A stretch of DNA of 43,705 nt from Vectrevirus T147P1. A program made the position numbers and the translations under genes. Shown piece after piece: positions 1-9,040 of the stretch. The notes beneath the pieces are model-generated. The model saw nothing but the letters and a program-made list of their open reading frames with translations, was not told the origin of the DNA and ran no database searches. Numbering within the stretch: position 1 is the stretch's first letter; each line of letters begins with the position of its first letter. Where the stretch lies: sequence record OZ035788.1. One strand, given 5' to 3'.

Positions 1-29
1 TAATAAGTTCAAGATTTGGAGAGAGAAGC

Positions 30-329
30 GTGAGCGTACACAATAAACATGCAGCTACAGAGGATGAGGTTGGCATTCTGCATGGTGCTATTACCAAAAT
101 CTTCAATAAGAAAGCACAGGCAATACTGGACACTATAGAAGAAGACCCTGATGCAGCATTACATTTAGTGTCTGGTAAGGATATTGGTGCGATGTGTAAG
201 TGGGTTCTTGATAACGGCATTACCGCCACACCTGCTGCACAGCAGGAAGAGTCCAAGTTATCTAAGCGCCTCAAGGCTATCCGAGAGGCATCCAGTGGTA
301 AGATAATTCAATTCACTAAGGAGGATTGA
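30..329 (+). CDS. terminase small subunit (T7 gp18-like), GTG start
   Basis: 99-aa ORF immediately upstream of and overlapping the large terminase start (TGATG); position conserved in T7/SP6-like genomes; no motif-level confirmation. Confidence 0.5.
   Translation: MSVHNKHAATEDEVGILHGAITKIFNKKAQAILDTIEEDPDAALHLVSGKDIGAMCKWVLDNGITATPAAQQEESKLSKRLKAIREASSGKIIQFTKED
121..143 (+). promoter_or_regulatory. phage RNAP promoter-like site inside terminase small gene
   Basis: CAATACTGGACACTATAGAAGAA matches the window consensus from -14 onward (14/17 upstream positions). Confidence 0.45.
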
Positions 330-2227
330 TGGCTAAGGCAAGAGAATCACAAGCGGAGGCTCTTGCCAGATGGGAGATGCTACAGGAGTTACAGCAGACC
401 TTTCCTTACACAGCGGAAGGTTTGCTTCTCTTTGCAGATACAGTTATTCATAACTTAATTGCAGGCAACCCTCATCTGATTCGTATGCAGGCGGATATCT
501 TGAAGTTCCTATTTTACGGACACAAGTACCGCCTCATCGAAGCACCTCGTGGTATCGCTAAGACAACACTATCAGCAATCTATACGGTATTCCGTATTAT
601 TCATGAACCGCATAAGCGTATCATGGTTGTGTCCCAAAACGCCAAGCGAGCAGAGGAAATCGCAGGTTGGGTAGTTAAAATCTTCCGTGGCTTAGACTTT
701 CTTGAGTTTATGCTGCCGGATATCTACGCTGGGGACCGTGCATCCGTTAAGGCGTTTGAGATTCATTACACCCTACGTGGCAGTGATAAGTCTCCTTCTG
801 TATCATGTTACTCAATCGAAGCAGGTATGCAGGGTGCTCGTGCTGATATTATTCTAGCGGATGACGTAGAGTCGATGCAGAATGCTCGTACGGCAGCGGG
901 CCGTGCCTTGCTTGAGGAACTGACTAAGGAGTTTGAATCTATCAACCAGTTTGGGGATATCATTTACCTTGGTACACCTCAGAACGTAAACTCTATCTAC
1001 AACAACCTACCTGCTCGTGGTTACTCTGTTCGTATCTGGACTGCGCGTTACCCTTCAGTAGAGCAAGAGCAATGTTATGGCGACTTCCTTGCACCTATGA
1101 TTGTTCAAGATATGAAGGACAACCCAGCACTTCGCTCAGGGTACGGGTTGGATGGTAATAGTGGTGCACCTTGTGCCCCTGAAATGTATGATGATGAAGT
1201 CCTGATTGAGAAGGAAATCTCTCAGGGTGCTGCTAAGTTCCAGCTTCAGTTCATGCTTAACACTCGCATGATGGATGCTGACAGATACCCATTACGCCTG
1301 AACAATCTAATCTTCACCTCGTTTGGTACAGAGGAAGTCCCTGTGATGCCTACGTGGAGTAATGATTCCATAAACATCATTGGTGATGCACCTAAGTATG
1401 GTAACAAGCCTACGGATTTCATGTACAGACCTGTAGCTCGCCCATACGAATGGGGTGCTGTCTCCCGCAAGATTATGTATATTGACCCTGCTGGTGGTGG
1501 TAAGAACGGAGATGAGACGGGTGCAGCCATCGTATTCCTGCACGGCACATTCATTTATGTGTATCAGTGCTTTGGTGTACCTGGCGGATACCGAGAGTCG
1601 TCCCTGAATCGCATTGTGCAGGCCGCAAAGCAGGCGGGTGTTAAAGAGGTATTCATTGAGAAGAACTTTGGTCATGGCGCGTTTGAGGCGGTAATTAAGC
1701 CGTATTTTGAACGAGAGTGGCCTGTAACTCTGGAAGAGGATTACGCCACCGGACAGAAAGAGTTGCGTATCATTGAGACGCTGGAGCCGCTCATGGCAGC
1801 CCATAGGCTTATCTTCAATGCAGAGATGGTGAAGTCAGACTTTGAGTCGGTACAGCACTATCCGCTTGAACTACGCATGTCCTACAGTCTTTTCAATCAA
1901 ATGTCGAACATAACGATTGAGAAGAACAGCCTCCGGCACGATGACCGCCTAGACGCCCTGTATGGCGCTATACGGCAATTAACTTCTCAGATAGACTATG
2001 ACGAGGTTACACGGATTAATCGCCTCAGAGCGCAGGAGATGCGCGATTACATCCATGCTATGAATACACCTCATCTACGCAGGGCAATGCTATATGGAGA
2101 TTACGGTACTGAGCGAAGAGTGACCAACACTTCCGTAGCGATGCAGCAGCGAGTTTACGGGCAGAACTACCGAAATAAATCGGCAAGCAGAAATACACTT
2201 TCTGCAAGGATTTCAAGGACTTATTAA
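329..2227 (+). CDS. terminase large subunit (T7 gp19-like)
   Basis: 633-aa ORF; Walker A-like EAPRGIAKTT and Walker B-like IILADDVE; AGGAGG RBS; size and position as in T7-like phages. Confidence 0.9.
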   Translation: MAKARESQAEALARWEMLQELQQTFPYTAEGLLLFADTVIHNLIAGNPHLIRMQADILKFLFYGHKYRLIEAPRGIAKTTLSAIYTVFRIIHEPHKRIMVVSQNAKRAEEIAGWVVKIFRGLDFLEFMLPDIYAGDRASVKAFEIHYTLRGSDKSPSVSCYSIEAGMQGARADIILADDVESMQNARTAAGRALLEELTKEFESINQFGDIIYLGTPQNVNSIYNNLPARGYSVRIWTARYPSVEQEQCYGDFLAPMIVQDMKDNPALRSGYGLDGNSGAPCAPEMYDDEVLIEKEISQGAAKFQLQFMLNTRMMDADRYPLRLNNLIFTSFGTEEVPVMPTWSNDSINIIGDAPKYGNKPTDFMYRPVARPYEWGAVSRKIMYIDPAGGGKNGDETGAAIVFLHGTFIYVYQCFGVPGGYRESSLNRIVQAAKQAGVKEVFIEKNFGHGAFEAVIKPYFEREWPVTLEEDYATGQKELRIIETLEPLMAAHRLIFNAEMVKSDFESVQHYPLELRMSYSLFNQMSNITIEKNSLRHDDRLDALYGAIRQLTSQIDYDEVTRINRLRAQEMRDYIHAMNTPHLRRAMLYGDYGTERRVTNTSVAMQQRVYGQNYRNKSASRNTLSARISRTY

Positions 2228-2248
2228 TTACTGGACACTATAGAAGGA
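2226..2248 (+). promoter_or_regulatory. phage RNAP promoter
   Basis: AATTACTGGACACTATAGAAGGA; overlaps the terminase stop codon. Confidence 0.7.
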
Positions 2249-2270
2249 AGGCCCAGATAATAAGAGAAAA

Positions 2271-2308
2271 TAATAGGTAATATAGGTTAACCTAGGTTAT
2301 ATAGGTAT
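2271..2308 (+). repeat. promoter-proximal AT-rich TAGGT element (copy A)
   Basis: TAATAGGTAATATAGGTTAACCTAGGTTATATAGGT; contains the 13-mer AGGTTATATAGGT also present at 14177-14189. Confidence 0.5.
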
Positions 2309-2382
2309 GCCTTAGTATGGGTGTACTCCTGTACACCCTATTCCTTACTACCTTACTATATTTACATAATAGGAGAGAGACA

Positions 2383-2661
2383 ATGGCTAATGATTATAGT
2401 AGTCAACCATTAACAGGTAAGTCTAAGAGAAAGCAGGTACAACCTGTAAGTGAAGAACTAATGCTTCCGGTACTCAAAAAAGAGGAAGTTAGTAAGAAAA
2501 GCAATGTTATTAATGATGCCACCAAATCAGGTAAACAGAAAGGGGCCATGGTGTGCCTTGAAGTGGAAGGTGGTGTATTGAAGATTGCTATCGCGGTTGA
2601 TGGCAAAGAAGATTCAGAGTGGAAGTTAGTAACAGTGGAACCAACTGTTAACCCAGTTTAA
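2383..2661 (+). CDS. hypothetical protein, paralog A of a tandem pair
   Basis: ORF with GGAGAGAGA RBS; shares the SGKQKGAMVxLE block and flanking residues with the next ORF. Confidence 0.6.
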   Translation: MANDYSSQPLTGKSKRKQVQPVSEELMLPVLKKEEVSKKSNVINDATKSGKQKGAMVCLEVEGGVLKIAIAVDGKEDSEWKLVTVEPTVNPV

Positions 2662-2679
2662 GATAAGGAGGAAGATTAC

Positions 2680-2979
2680 ATGGCTAAATATGGTACTACA
2701 GGTTCTGTTACTGGTCAGGCTTTTCGAGTAAAAGCAGTACAAACTATTGCAACGGCAATCCCGATGCCTGTTGTTAAAGAAGCAGACCTTAAGAGTAAAG
2801 ACCACCCTATCAACATCAAACATTTATCAGGTAAACAGAAAGGTGCAATGGTTGCTCTTGAGAAAGGTGACACAACCCTGCATATTGCTGTTGCACGTGG
2901 CAGTGAACCAACAGACCCTTGGGATGTAACTGGTATGGAAGAGGAAGCTGTTACTCCAGCAGGGTATAATAATGCTTAA
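2680..2979 (+). CDS. hypothetical protein, paralog B of a tandem pair
   Basis: AGGAGG RBS; clear paralogy to 2383-2661. Confidence 0.65.
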   Translation: MAKYGTTGSVTGQAFRVKAVQTIATAIPMPVVKEADLKSKDHPINIKHLSGKQKGAMVALEKGDTTLHIAVARGSEPTDPWDVTGMEEEAVTPAGYNNA

Positions 2980-3316
2980 TAAATACTTCAAGCGTAAAGA
3001 GTTTGCTTGCCGTTGTGGCTGCGGTACATCCACTGTTGATGCTGAATTACTACAGGTAGTCACAGATGTGCGTGAGCATTTCGGTGCACCTGTAGTTATC
3101 ACCTCTGGGCATCGCTGTGCTAAGCACAACTCCAATGTAGGAGGAGCTAAGAACTCCATGCATCTTACTGGTAAGGCTGCTGACATTAAGGTACGAGGCA
3201 TCTTACCTTCTGATGTACATAAGTATCTTACTGATAAGTACCAAGGCAAATATGGGATTGGTAAGTATAACTCCTTTACTCATATTGATGTACGTGACGG
3301 GTGTGCACGATGGTAG
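2972..3316 (+). CDS. putative endolysin, zinc peptidase M15-type cell wall hydrolase
   Basis: 114 aa; motif SGHRCxxHNxxVGGAxNSMHLTGKAADI typical of peptidase M15 family; followed by small membrane protein and spanin-like ORFs. Confidence 0.7.
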   Translation: MLNKYFKRKEFACRCGCGTSTVDAELLQVVTDVREHFGAPVVITSGHRCAKHNSNVGGAKNSMHLTGKAADIKVRGILPSDVHKYLTDKYQGKYGIGKYNSFTHIDVRDGCARW

Positions 3317-3424
3317 GTTGTGTTGCATGGTGTGAACGCATGGTTGCTAAGGCTTCAGAGGGAGGCAACTATGAAGATTGGCAGAACTACTCAACTTTAT
3401 TAGCTCAATGGAAAGGGAGATGCA

Positions 3425-3574
3425 ATGAAAAAGCTGTTCAAATCTAAGAAGGTTGTAGGTGCACTAGTTGCATTGGCAATTGCTCTTGTTTCTGTAGGTC
3501 TTGGTGTAGACCTTGGCTCTGGCACGGAATCCTCTGTGACAGACGTGGTCTGCCAAGTGATCACCTGTGAATAA
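3425..3574 (+). CDS. small single-TMD membrane protein (holin/antiholin-like)
   Basis: 49 aa, MKKLFKSKKVVGALVALAIALVSVGLGV; GGGAG RBS; sits between endolysin and spanins. Confidence 0.45.
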   Translation: MKKLFKSKKVVGALVALAIALVSVGLGVDLGSGTESSVTDVVCQVITCE

Positions 3575-3788
3575 GTTTCTAGAATTGCTGGCAGGTCTTA
3601 TTGGCCTGCTTGTCTCTGCTAAGAAGAAACAAGAAGAGAAGGAGGCACAAAGTGAAGCGAATCATGTTAGTGACAATCCTGCTGATTGGTTCGCTGACCA
3701 CTTCCGGGTGTCAGCAGGCGTTACCAGAGAAAGCAATGGTGAAACCTCTGAGGCCGACGCTGACGGCAGTTTACGAGGTAGACGATAA
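3567..3788 (+). CDS. putative i-spanin (Rz-like), GTG start
   Basis: N-terminal hydrophobic anchor LLAGLIGLLVSA followed by charged region; overlaps an out-of-frame lipoprotein ORF; short for an Rz protein. Confidence 0.4.
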   Translation: MNKFLELLAGLIGLLVSAKKKQEEKEAQSEANHVSDNPADWFADHFRVSAGVTRESNGETSEADADGSLRGRR

Positions 3789-3861
3789 AGTCTGCTTCAG
3801 TAAGCCTGATGCTACAAAATTAGGTTTGTATATTCTTTCGCTAGAACGCGGATATAATTAA
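3652..3861 (+). CDS. putative o-spanin lipoprotein (Rz1-like), GTG start
   Basis: AAGGAGG 6 nt upstream of GTG; signal peptide with lipobox-like LTTSGC; embedded in and extending past the i-spanin ORF in another frame. Confidence 0.5.
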   Translation: MKRIMLVTILLIGSLTTSGCQQALPEKAMVKPLRPTLTAVYEVDDKVCFSKPDATKLGLYILSLERGYN

Positions 3862-3890
3862 TACATAGCTTTATGTATCAGTGTCTTACG

Positions 3891-3913
3891 ATTTACTGGA
3901 CACTATAGAAGAG
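3891..3913 (+). promoter_or_regulatory. phage RNAP promoter upstream of tailspike 1
   Basis: ATTTACTGGACACTATAGAAGAG, exact consensus. Confidence 0.8.
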
Positions 3914-3992
3914 GTAAGATAGCGCCGTTCTTTTGAGCGGCCTATTACTAGCCAATCTTCATGGTGAGGGTTGGAAAGTAATAGGAGGTTTA

Positions 3993-5885
3993 ATGGCAAG
4001 ATTAACTCGCCCTGTTAGTGTATTTAATAGTCTGATGGATATTACTTACCCATGCTCCACTGATGGTGGTAAAGCGGAACTACTACAGGTTATACCCGGA
4101 CGTATGTCTGGTGGTGGTATCCTACTTTGGGACGCCAGTATGCCTCAGTCCAATCATAATGGTATTACCATCCTCAGCCCTGAAGCTAAATGGGATGGTA
4201 CTCTAGAAGGTTTTAAGGCCTATAGGGAAAGTGGAGGGACTGGCAATGGTTGCTGGGTTCGACCACGCAAAGGTACTGATCTGATGGCATCTTGGGCTGG
4301 TGTTGACACAGACGGGGACTGGATTGCGGATGAGCCACTTATGGCGCTGTGTCAGATTGCACATACACAACGTCGTAATATACGCATAGACTCTGGTGCT
4401 GTCATTCGTTGCGGTTTCACAACTCCGATTTCTCAGCAAGACAAGCACAACATTCTATCTCAAACATCTTTTGTATTACGTGGTTTAAAGAACTTCTCCA
4501 TATATGCTGAGCAAGATGCAGAGATAATCACAGACCACCCTGTACATCGTGAGCGTACAGTATTCTTCTTGGACGGTTGCGATAAGGTTACAATTTCTGG
4601 TCTTAAGTTTAATTCTGATTTCAGCGATTATTCTTTCGAACCTAATAGTCCCTATGAGCACCATATCAATGAACACTGGTTAGGTGTAGTTGCAGAGGCT
4701 TGTGGTACTGTTGAGGTTCGCAGATGTAGGTTCAATGCACCTCAGTTTGCTGTAAAGGCCGACTGTTTTAATAGAACAGACGGTAGGTGGAATGACACAG
4801 TTGCAGTAAAAGATTGTTTCTTCCAGTATGCTACAAACTATTGCTTTTTATCACGTAAGTTACGACATTACATCTTCTCTGATAATGAAGTAAGATTTAA
4901 TGGACGTAAGTGGCATACATATGGAGAGGCTTGTGCTCCTACTACCTATACTGAGAATCAGATTATCACTCGTAACCGTTTCATAGATCAGATTGCTGGT
5001 CAAAGCTGTATAACTCCTGGTTCTTATGCTAAGCAAGTACTTATTTCAGATAACTTCTGTCAACGTAGTAATGGTATCTTTGTTGAGATAGGCAGTGCTA
5101 GTAATATTAATATTCTTAACAACGTCTCCAAATCTACAGGTGAACGCATCGTCCACGGAAGTGATAAGTATGCAGGAACTACACATATCCTTCTAGTATC
5201 TGGGGCAGTTGATGATGAACCTGCTGGTGGGCTAAGTAATATCTTGATTCAAGGTAATAACTTCCAAGGCGGTGGTTATGCTTTACAAGAGTACAATACA
5301 GGCATCCCTATTCGTCGCGGGTTGGATATTCTTAATAACCACCTTGTAGACTGTATTCCACCAGCCTGTACTAACCAATCCTTTAAGTATATTAGGGTAG
5401 AAGGTAACTACATCCAAGCACCGGATGATTACCCAGATATGGCTATTGCAGGTCAACACCCTATTATCAAGGATAATGTCCTTATCGGTGTGCGATTGAG
5501 GGCTAGAGATTTAGGTTATACTGTTGTAGGGTTAAAAGTAATAGGTAATACTTTTACTGCAAATAGTGTAGCATCTAAGTTCCCTGCACTGATAGACTAC
5601 ACTGATCTAGAAGATCTTGAAGCTTATGACAACGCAGCAGGTATTCAGGCATCTTATGATAGCTTTATAGTAGCACCTGATTACTGTAATAAAATTAGCT
5701 TTATGAAAGTAGGTATGGTTGAAGGTTTTACACAGACACCAGCAGCGGTTTATGGTAGTAAGTTGCAAGGCCAGAAGGCAGGTGCGATTGTTGGCAATAG
5801 TGCACCTGGGTCTGTACATGGTTGTGCTGCATTCGTGAGTACTTCTAGTGGTGGTTGGGGTTTTATAAACTACGTTCCCGCATAA
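3993..5885 (+). CDS. tailspike protein 1, beta-helix depolymerase-like
   Basis: 630 aa from the ATG after AGGAGG (ORF opens at 3933); repetitive beta-helix-like segments (NILIQGNNFQGGGY, ITRNRFID); position after terminase as in SP6/K1-5. Confidence 0.75.
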   Translation: MARLTRPVSVFNSLMDITYPCSTDGGKAELLQVIPGRMSGGGILLWDASMPQSNHNGITILSPEAKWDGTLEGFKAYRESGGTGNGCWVRPRKGTDLMASWAGVDTDGDWIADEPLMALCQIAHTQRRNIRIDSGAVIRCGFTTPISQQDKHNILSQTSFVLRGLKNFSIYAEQDAEIITDHPVHRERTVFFLDGCDKVTISGLKFNSDFSDYSFEPNSPYEHHINEHWLGVVAEACGTVEVRRCRFNAPQFAVKADCFNRTDGRWNDTVAVKDCFFQYATNYCFLSRKLRHYIFSDNEVRFNGRKWHTYGEACAPTTYTENQIITRNRFIDQIAGQSCITPGSYAKQVLISDNFCQRSNGIFVEIGSASNINILNNVSKSTGERIVHGSDKYAGTTHILLVSGAVDDEPAGGLSNILIQGNNFQGGGYALQEYNTGIPIRRGLDILNNHLVDCIPPACTNQSFKYIRVEGNYIQAPDDYPDMAIAGQHPIIKDNVLIGVRLRARDLGYTVVGLKVIGNTFTANSVASKFPALIDYTDLEDLEAYDNAAGIQASYDSFIVAPDYCNKISFMKVGMVEGFTQTPAAVYGSKLQGQKAGAIVGNSAPGSVHGCAAFVSTSSGGWGFINYVPA

Positions 5886-5890
5886 TCACA

Positions 5891-5917
5891 AGGCAGTGCG
5901 TAAGCACTGCTTTTCAC
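5891..5917 (+). terminator. hairpin plus T-run between the two tailspike genes
   Basis: GCAGTGC-GTAA-GCACTGC stem-loop (7 bp, GNRA loop) followed by TTTTCAC. Confidence 0.45.
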
Positions 5918-5970
5918 GCAACTTTTCTTAAAGGTTATCATGGTGGTAGCCTTTCAGAAAAGGAGGTTAC

Positions 5971-7683
5971 ATGCTTCAAAGATTAAGTGCTTACTTGGTG
6001 AAGTACAAGAGTAAACTAACAGGTACTATTGAGCGCCTGCTATCTGATAAACTATCGGATACAATAGATGTTGCGGATTTTGGAGTTAATCCATCTTCTA
6101 ATGACAACAGGCAAGCCCTTCAAGCTGCATTCAATGCGGTCAGATTTCTAGGCGGTGGTACTGTATCAGTCACTAAAGCTGGCGAATATAAACTCAGTGG
6201 TACTGTTGAGATATTTGCTAATACACACTTCAAGGTTGCTAAAGGTGTAACATTTGTACGTGACTACGAAACAGGAGATACGCTATTCAGATTATCACAA
6301 GGGCAAGCTAGTAATGTAACAGTCAGTGGAGGTGTCTATGAAGGCAATGGTCACATTAAAGGAGATACACCTTTTGTAGTATTTGCATCTACTAGTAATA
6401 ATGATTTGAAGTTTGAAGGCATAACAGTTAACAATGTAGTGGACTACCACGCCATAGATTTAGCAGATTGGAACAACGTAGTTATTCGTGATTGTAAGTT
6501 CCTAGGGTTTAAGAATACAGGCAGTCGTAACTTCTCAGAGGCTATACAGTTAGACCCAGGACTTATTACAGTAGGTCGCTATGTGCAGTCTAGTGGTTTA
6601 CTGGTAGAGAATTGCTATGCTGGCCCAAACCTTGATTCTGGATTTGGCGGGTATGGTGCTCTAGTAGGAAATCATGCATCAGCTTATGGTGTTCAAGATA
6701 ACAACATTAGAATCCTAAATTGCACTACAGATGGTGCGCTCTTTGCAGGTGTACGTGTATTTAACTGGAAAAACTGGACAGTACGTGGTTGCACCTTTAG
6801 AAACTCTAATGCAAGAGGTATTCATGTTACACCTGTCTCCTCTCAAACTAAACCGCAAGGAACTCGACAAGGTAGTGTTGTAGATTGTACTTTTGATGGC
6901 GTAAGAACACCAGTGCTAATTGCGGCACCATCTTGGCCTTTTACCGATATTAGTGACATTTGGCATGACCATGTTGAAGTTTCTAATAATACTATGATCC
7001 TCACAGAGGATGTATCCTATGGTATAGATGCAAGGTGGTGTAAGAATTTAATTGTAAAAGGTAATACAGGCTCTGGTGGCTTAGGGTTAATCGGTTTACG
7101 CTTTGGGACAAAATACCACATCGAAGGTAATACTTGGGAAAACGGAAGAGGTAGTGGGATTTGGTTAGGTGAGTCTGATGCTGCTACATTCATTGGTACT
7201 GGCTTATCGGGCGAAGGTATACTTAGTCGTAATATCCTCTCTAAATTAGGGCAATATGGTATTCATGTAAACTGCAAGGTTGGCGGTCTAGTGATTAAGG
7301 CTAATAATATGAAGGAAGTATCTACAGCTGAAGCAGGTAGGCACTTCATTAGCATAGACACAGGAGCTAACAACATCCTAGTAGAAGGTAATATTGGAGT
7401 AGATGGAGAAAGCCCTAACAAGCCAAGCCTTGGTATTCGTGTTACTTCTTCTTGCTCCAATATTAAACTAATTGGCAATGATTGCTATGGTACGCAAGCA
7501 CCTCAGAATAACCAAGGAGTCGGTTCTAGTACGGTGATTGTTTATGGACTAAATGGTAATCCTACAACTTTAGGCGTAGGTGCACCTGTAGGCTCTTTAG
7601 CAACTGATATCAATGGGTCTGGTGGTAGTACATTGTACGTTAAAGAATCTGGTACATCTGCTCAAGGTTGGGTTGCAAAGTAG
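5971..7683 (+). CDS. tailspike protein 2, pectate-lyase-like beta-helix
   Basis: 570 aa; AGGAGG RBS; repeated beta-helix rungs (NNIRILNCTTDG, VRGCTFRNSNARGIHV). Confidence 0.75.
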   Translation: MLQRLSAYLVKYKSKLTGTIERLLSDKLSDTIDVADFGVNPSSNDNRQALQAAFNAVRFLGGGTVSVTKAGEYKLSGTVEIFANTHFKVAKGVTFVRDYETGDTLFRLSQGQASNVTVSGGVYEGNGHIKGDTPFVVFASTSNNDLKFEGITVNNVVDYHAIDLADWNNVVIRDCKFLGFKNTGSRNFSEAIQLDPGLITVGRYVQSSGLLVENCYAGPNLDSGFGGYGALVGNHASAYGVQDNNIRILNCTTDGALFAGVRVFNWKNWTVRGCTFRNSNARGIHVTPVSSQTKPQGTRQGSVVDCTFDGVRTPVLIAAPSWPFTDISDIWHDHVEVSNNTMILTEDVSYGIDARWCKNLIVKGNTGSGGLGLIGLRFGTKYHIEGNTWENGRGSGIWLGESDAATFIGTGLSGEGILSRNILSKLGQYGIHVNCKVGGLVIKANNMKEVSTAEAGRHFISIDTGANNILVEGNIGVDGESPNKPSLGIRVTSSCSNIKLIGNDCYGTQAPQNNQGVGSSTVIVYGLNGNPTTLGVGAPVGSLATDINGSGGSTLYVKESGTSAQGWVAK

Positions 7684-7692
7684 TAGGATTGC

Positions 7693-7842
7693 ATGCCAAT
7701 AATCAAATCAGTTAAGCAAAGTGCTGTACGCCAGAACACAGAAGAGCTTATTCAATCAGGCCGTGACCCTAAGCAAGCTTATGCCATTGCCAAGGATGTA
7801 CAACGTCGTGCCTTGAAGAAACCTTCTGCATCTTCTGCGTAA
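7693..7842 (+). CDS. small basic hypothetical protein
   Basis: 49-aa ORF MPIIKSVKQSAVRQ... with weak RBS at the right end of the coding region. Confidence 0.3.
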   Translation: MPIIKSVKQSAVRQNTEELIQSGRDPKQAYAIAKDVQRRALKKPSASSA

Positions 7843-7913
7843 GCAGGTTAATATCTTAGTGTACACAAGGGTAGACCTAGGTTTGCTCTTAGTGTATTTA
7901 CAATGGAGGTCTT

Positions 7914-7994
7914 ATGTATATACCTATGGAAGCAATAGTAGGTTGCCTATGCTTGTTGATAGGTTTCGTTATAGGCTTAATAGTAAATCCTTAG
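7914..7994 (+). CDS. tiny hydrophobic peptide
   Basis: 26 aa MYIPMEAIVGCLCLLIGFVIGLIVNP with GGAGG RBS 5 nt upstream. Confidence 0.3.
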   Translation: MYIPMEAIVGCLCLLIGFVIGLIVNP

Positions 7995-8056
7995 TCCTGT
8001 ACAAGGATTAACCAAAGTCAAAATTTTGATATAGGCGTGTGTCAGCTCTCTCGCCC

Positions 8057-8330
8057 TCGCCCTCGCCGGATTTCCCCCATATGGGGCCGCGCTGCGGTTG
8101 GCTTGGGAATTGGGCTGGGCTGGTCCGTCTTCGACGGGTGGCCTAGGGCTTGCCGAGGTCTGCTCTTAGTGACTGCACAAGGAGAACGCCTAGGAAGCGC
8201 TAGGGCACGCCTTAGTATTGGACAAGGTGATTGCCTTAGTGAAGCCTCTTAGTGCATTCCTTAGGCCATTCAGGGTGTTTATGAGGGATTGACAGGGTAT
8301 GATGGCGTGGGCTATCTGTTCGTTTCGTTC
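8057..8330. other. candidate terminal-repeat / physical genome end region
   Basis: GC-rich block beginning TCTCTCGCCCTCGCC, with palindrome CCCCATATGGGG (8085-8096) and a T7 CJ-like ATCTGTT (8313-8319); strongly reminiscent of the T7 terminal repeat; exact ends not determinable. Confidence 0.4.
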
Positions 8331-8638
8331 ACTCCGCTTGCGCTACGTTCACTCGCTCACGTGTACCTTAGGTTATTACTTGATGGATAGCTTAGGTTAA
8401 CCTTAGTGGACTACCTTAGTTAAAGCCTTAGTGCTTATCTTAGTAATAGCTTAGTAGTGTACCTTAGTAAGTCTTAGTGTCTTCTCTTAGTGATTGCACA
8501 TGCAAGCATGTAAGATGCCATTAGGTCGCGGTCGGTAGACCGCTAAAGAAAGAGAATAGTAATAAGATGCAGTAAGAGGAACACCGGAAACCTAGCCAAC
8601 CTAACCTATCCTAGCTCTGTATCTATTGCTTTTCCTTA

Positions 8639-8654
8639 GTCTCACATGTTAGAC
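8639..8654. repeat. degenerate copy of the 16-bp palindrome (GTCTCACATGTTAGAC)
   Basis: One mismatch to GTCTCACATGTGAGAC. Confidence 0.4.
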
Positions 8655-8688
8655 AACCTATCTTATTCTTAGTGATGATAACTTAGTG

Positions 8689-8717
8689 TTGACAAGATAA
8701 TCTTAGTGTAATACTAT
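8689..8717 (+). promoter_or_regulatory. candidate host sigma70 early promoter
   Basis: TTGACA, 17-nt spacer, TACTAT, upstream of the first early genes. Confidence 0.35.
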
Positions 8718-8860
8718 GCATCACGTAGGCGGTGCTGAGGCACCTAGTAGCCAGCTAGTAAGGCATACGAAGAGACTAGTGCTTACATTGCTCTTTAACA
8801 ATTTGCTTAGTGTAACCTATGTATGCCGTGGTTAATTACTTATTGAATGAGGGATTAACT

Positions 8861-9040
8861 ATGACATTAAACAACCGTGAACTATCCGTTCTCTTCACTC
8901 TGTTGTGCTACATGATTCGTAACAACGAATTGCTTACAGATGACGAGTTGGCACTGTATCACCGCTTTCTTAACGAAGGTTGGACCGATACAGTTAATCA
9001 ATACCGTAACATGATAGATGAGTTGAGGGAGGGTAAATAA
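8861..9040 (+). CDS. early hypothetical protein
   Basis: ORF opens at 8819 but the GAGGG RBS precedes the ATG at 8861; translationally coupled to the next ORF. Confidence 0.5.
   Translation: MTLNNRELSVLFTLLCYMIRNNELLTDDELALYHRFLNEGWTDTVNQYRNMIDELREGK

Larger units (their letters stand above)
7850..8815. repeat. array of short CTTAGT(G/A) direct repeats in the non-coding terminus region
   Basis: About 20 copies of CTTAGT/CCTTAGT on both sides of a GC-rich block; analogous to the CCTAAAG repeats near T7 genome ends. Confidence 0.6.

Noticed and set aside
3340-3447. 35-aa ORF between the endolysin and the small membrane protein
   Set aside because: No RBS; overlaps the RBS and start of the following ORF; likely spurious.
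8037-8252. 71-aa + strand ORF in the GC-rich block
   Set aside because: Lies in the putative terminal-repeat region; Arg/Gly/Pro-rich translation typical of GC-rich non-coding DNA; no RBS.
7850-8815. Possible CRISPR array suggested by many short repeats
   Set aside because: Repeat unit is only 6-7 bp with irregular spacing and no spacer-like unique segments of constant length; this fits phage terminal repeats, not a CRISPR array.
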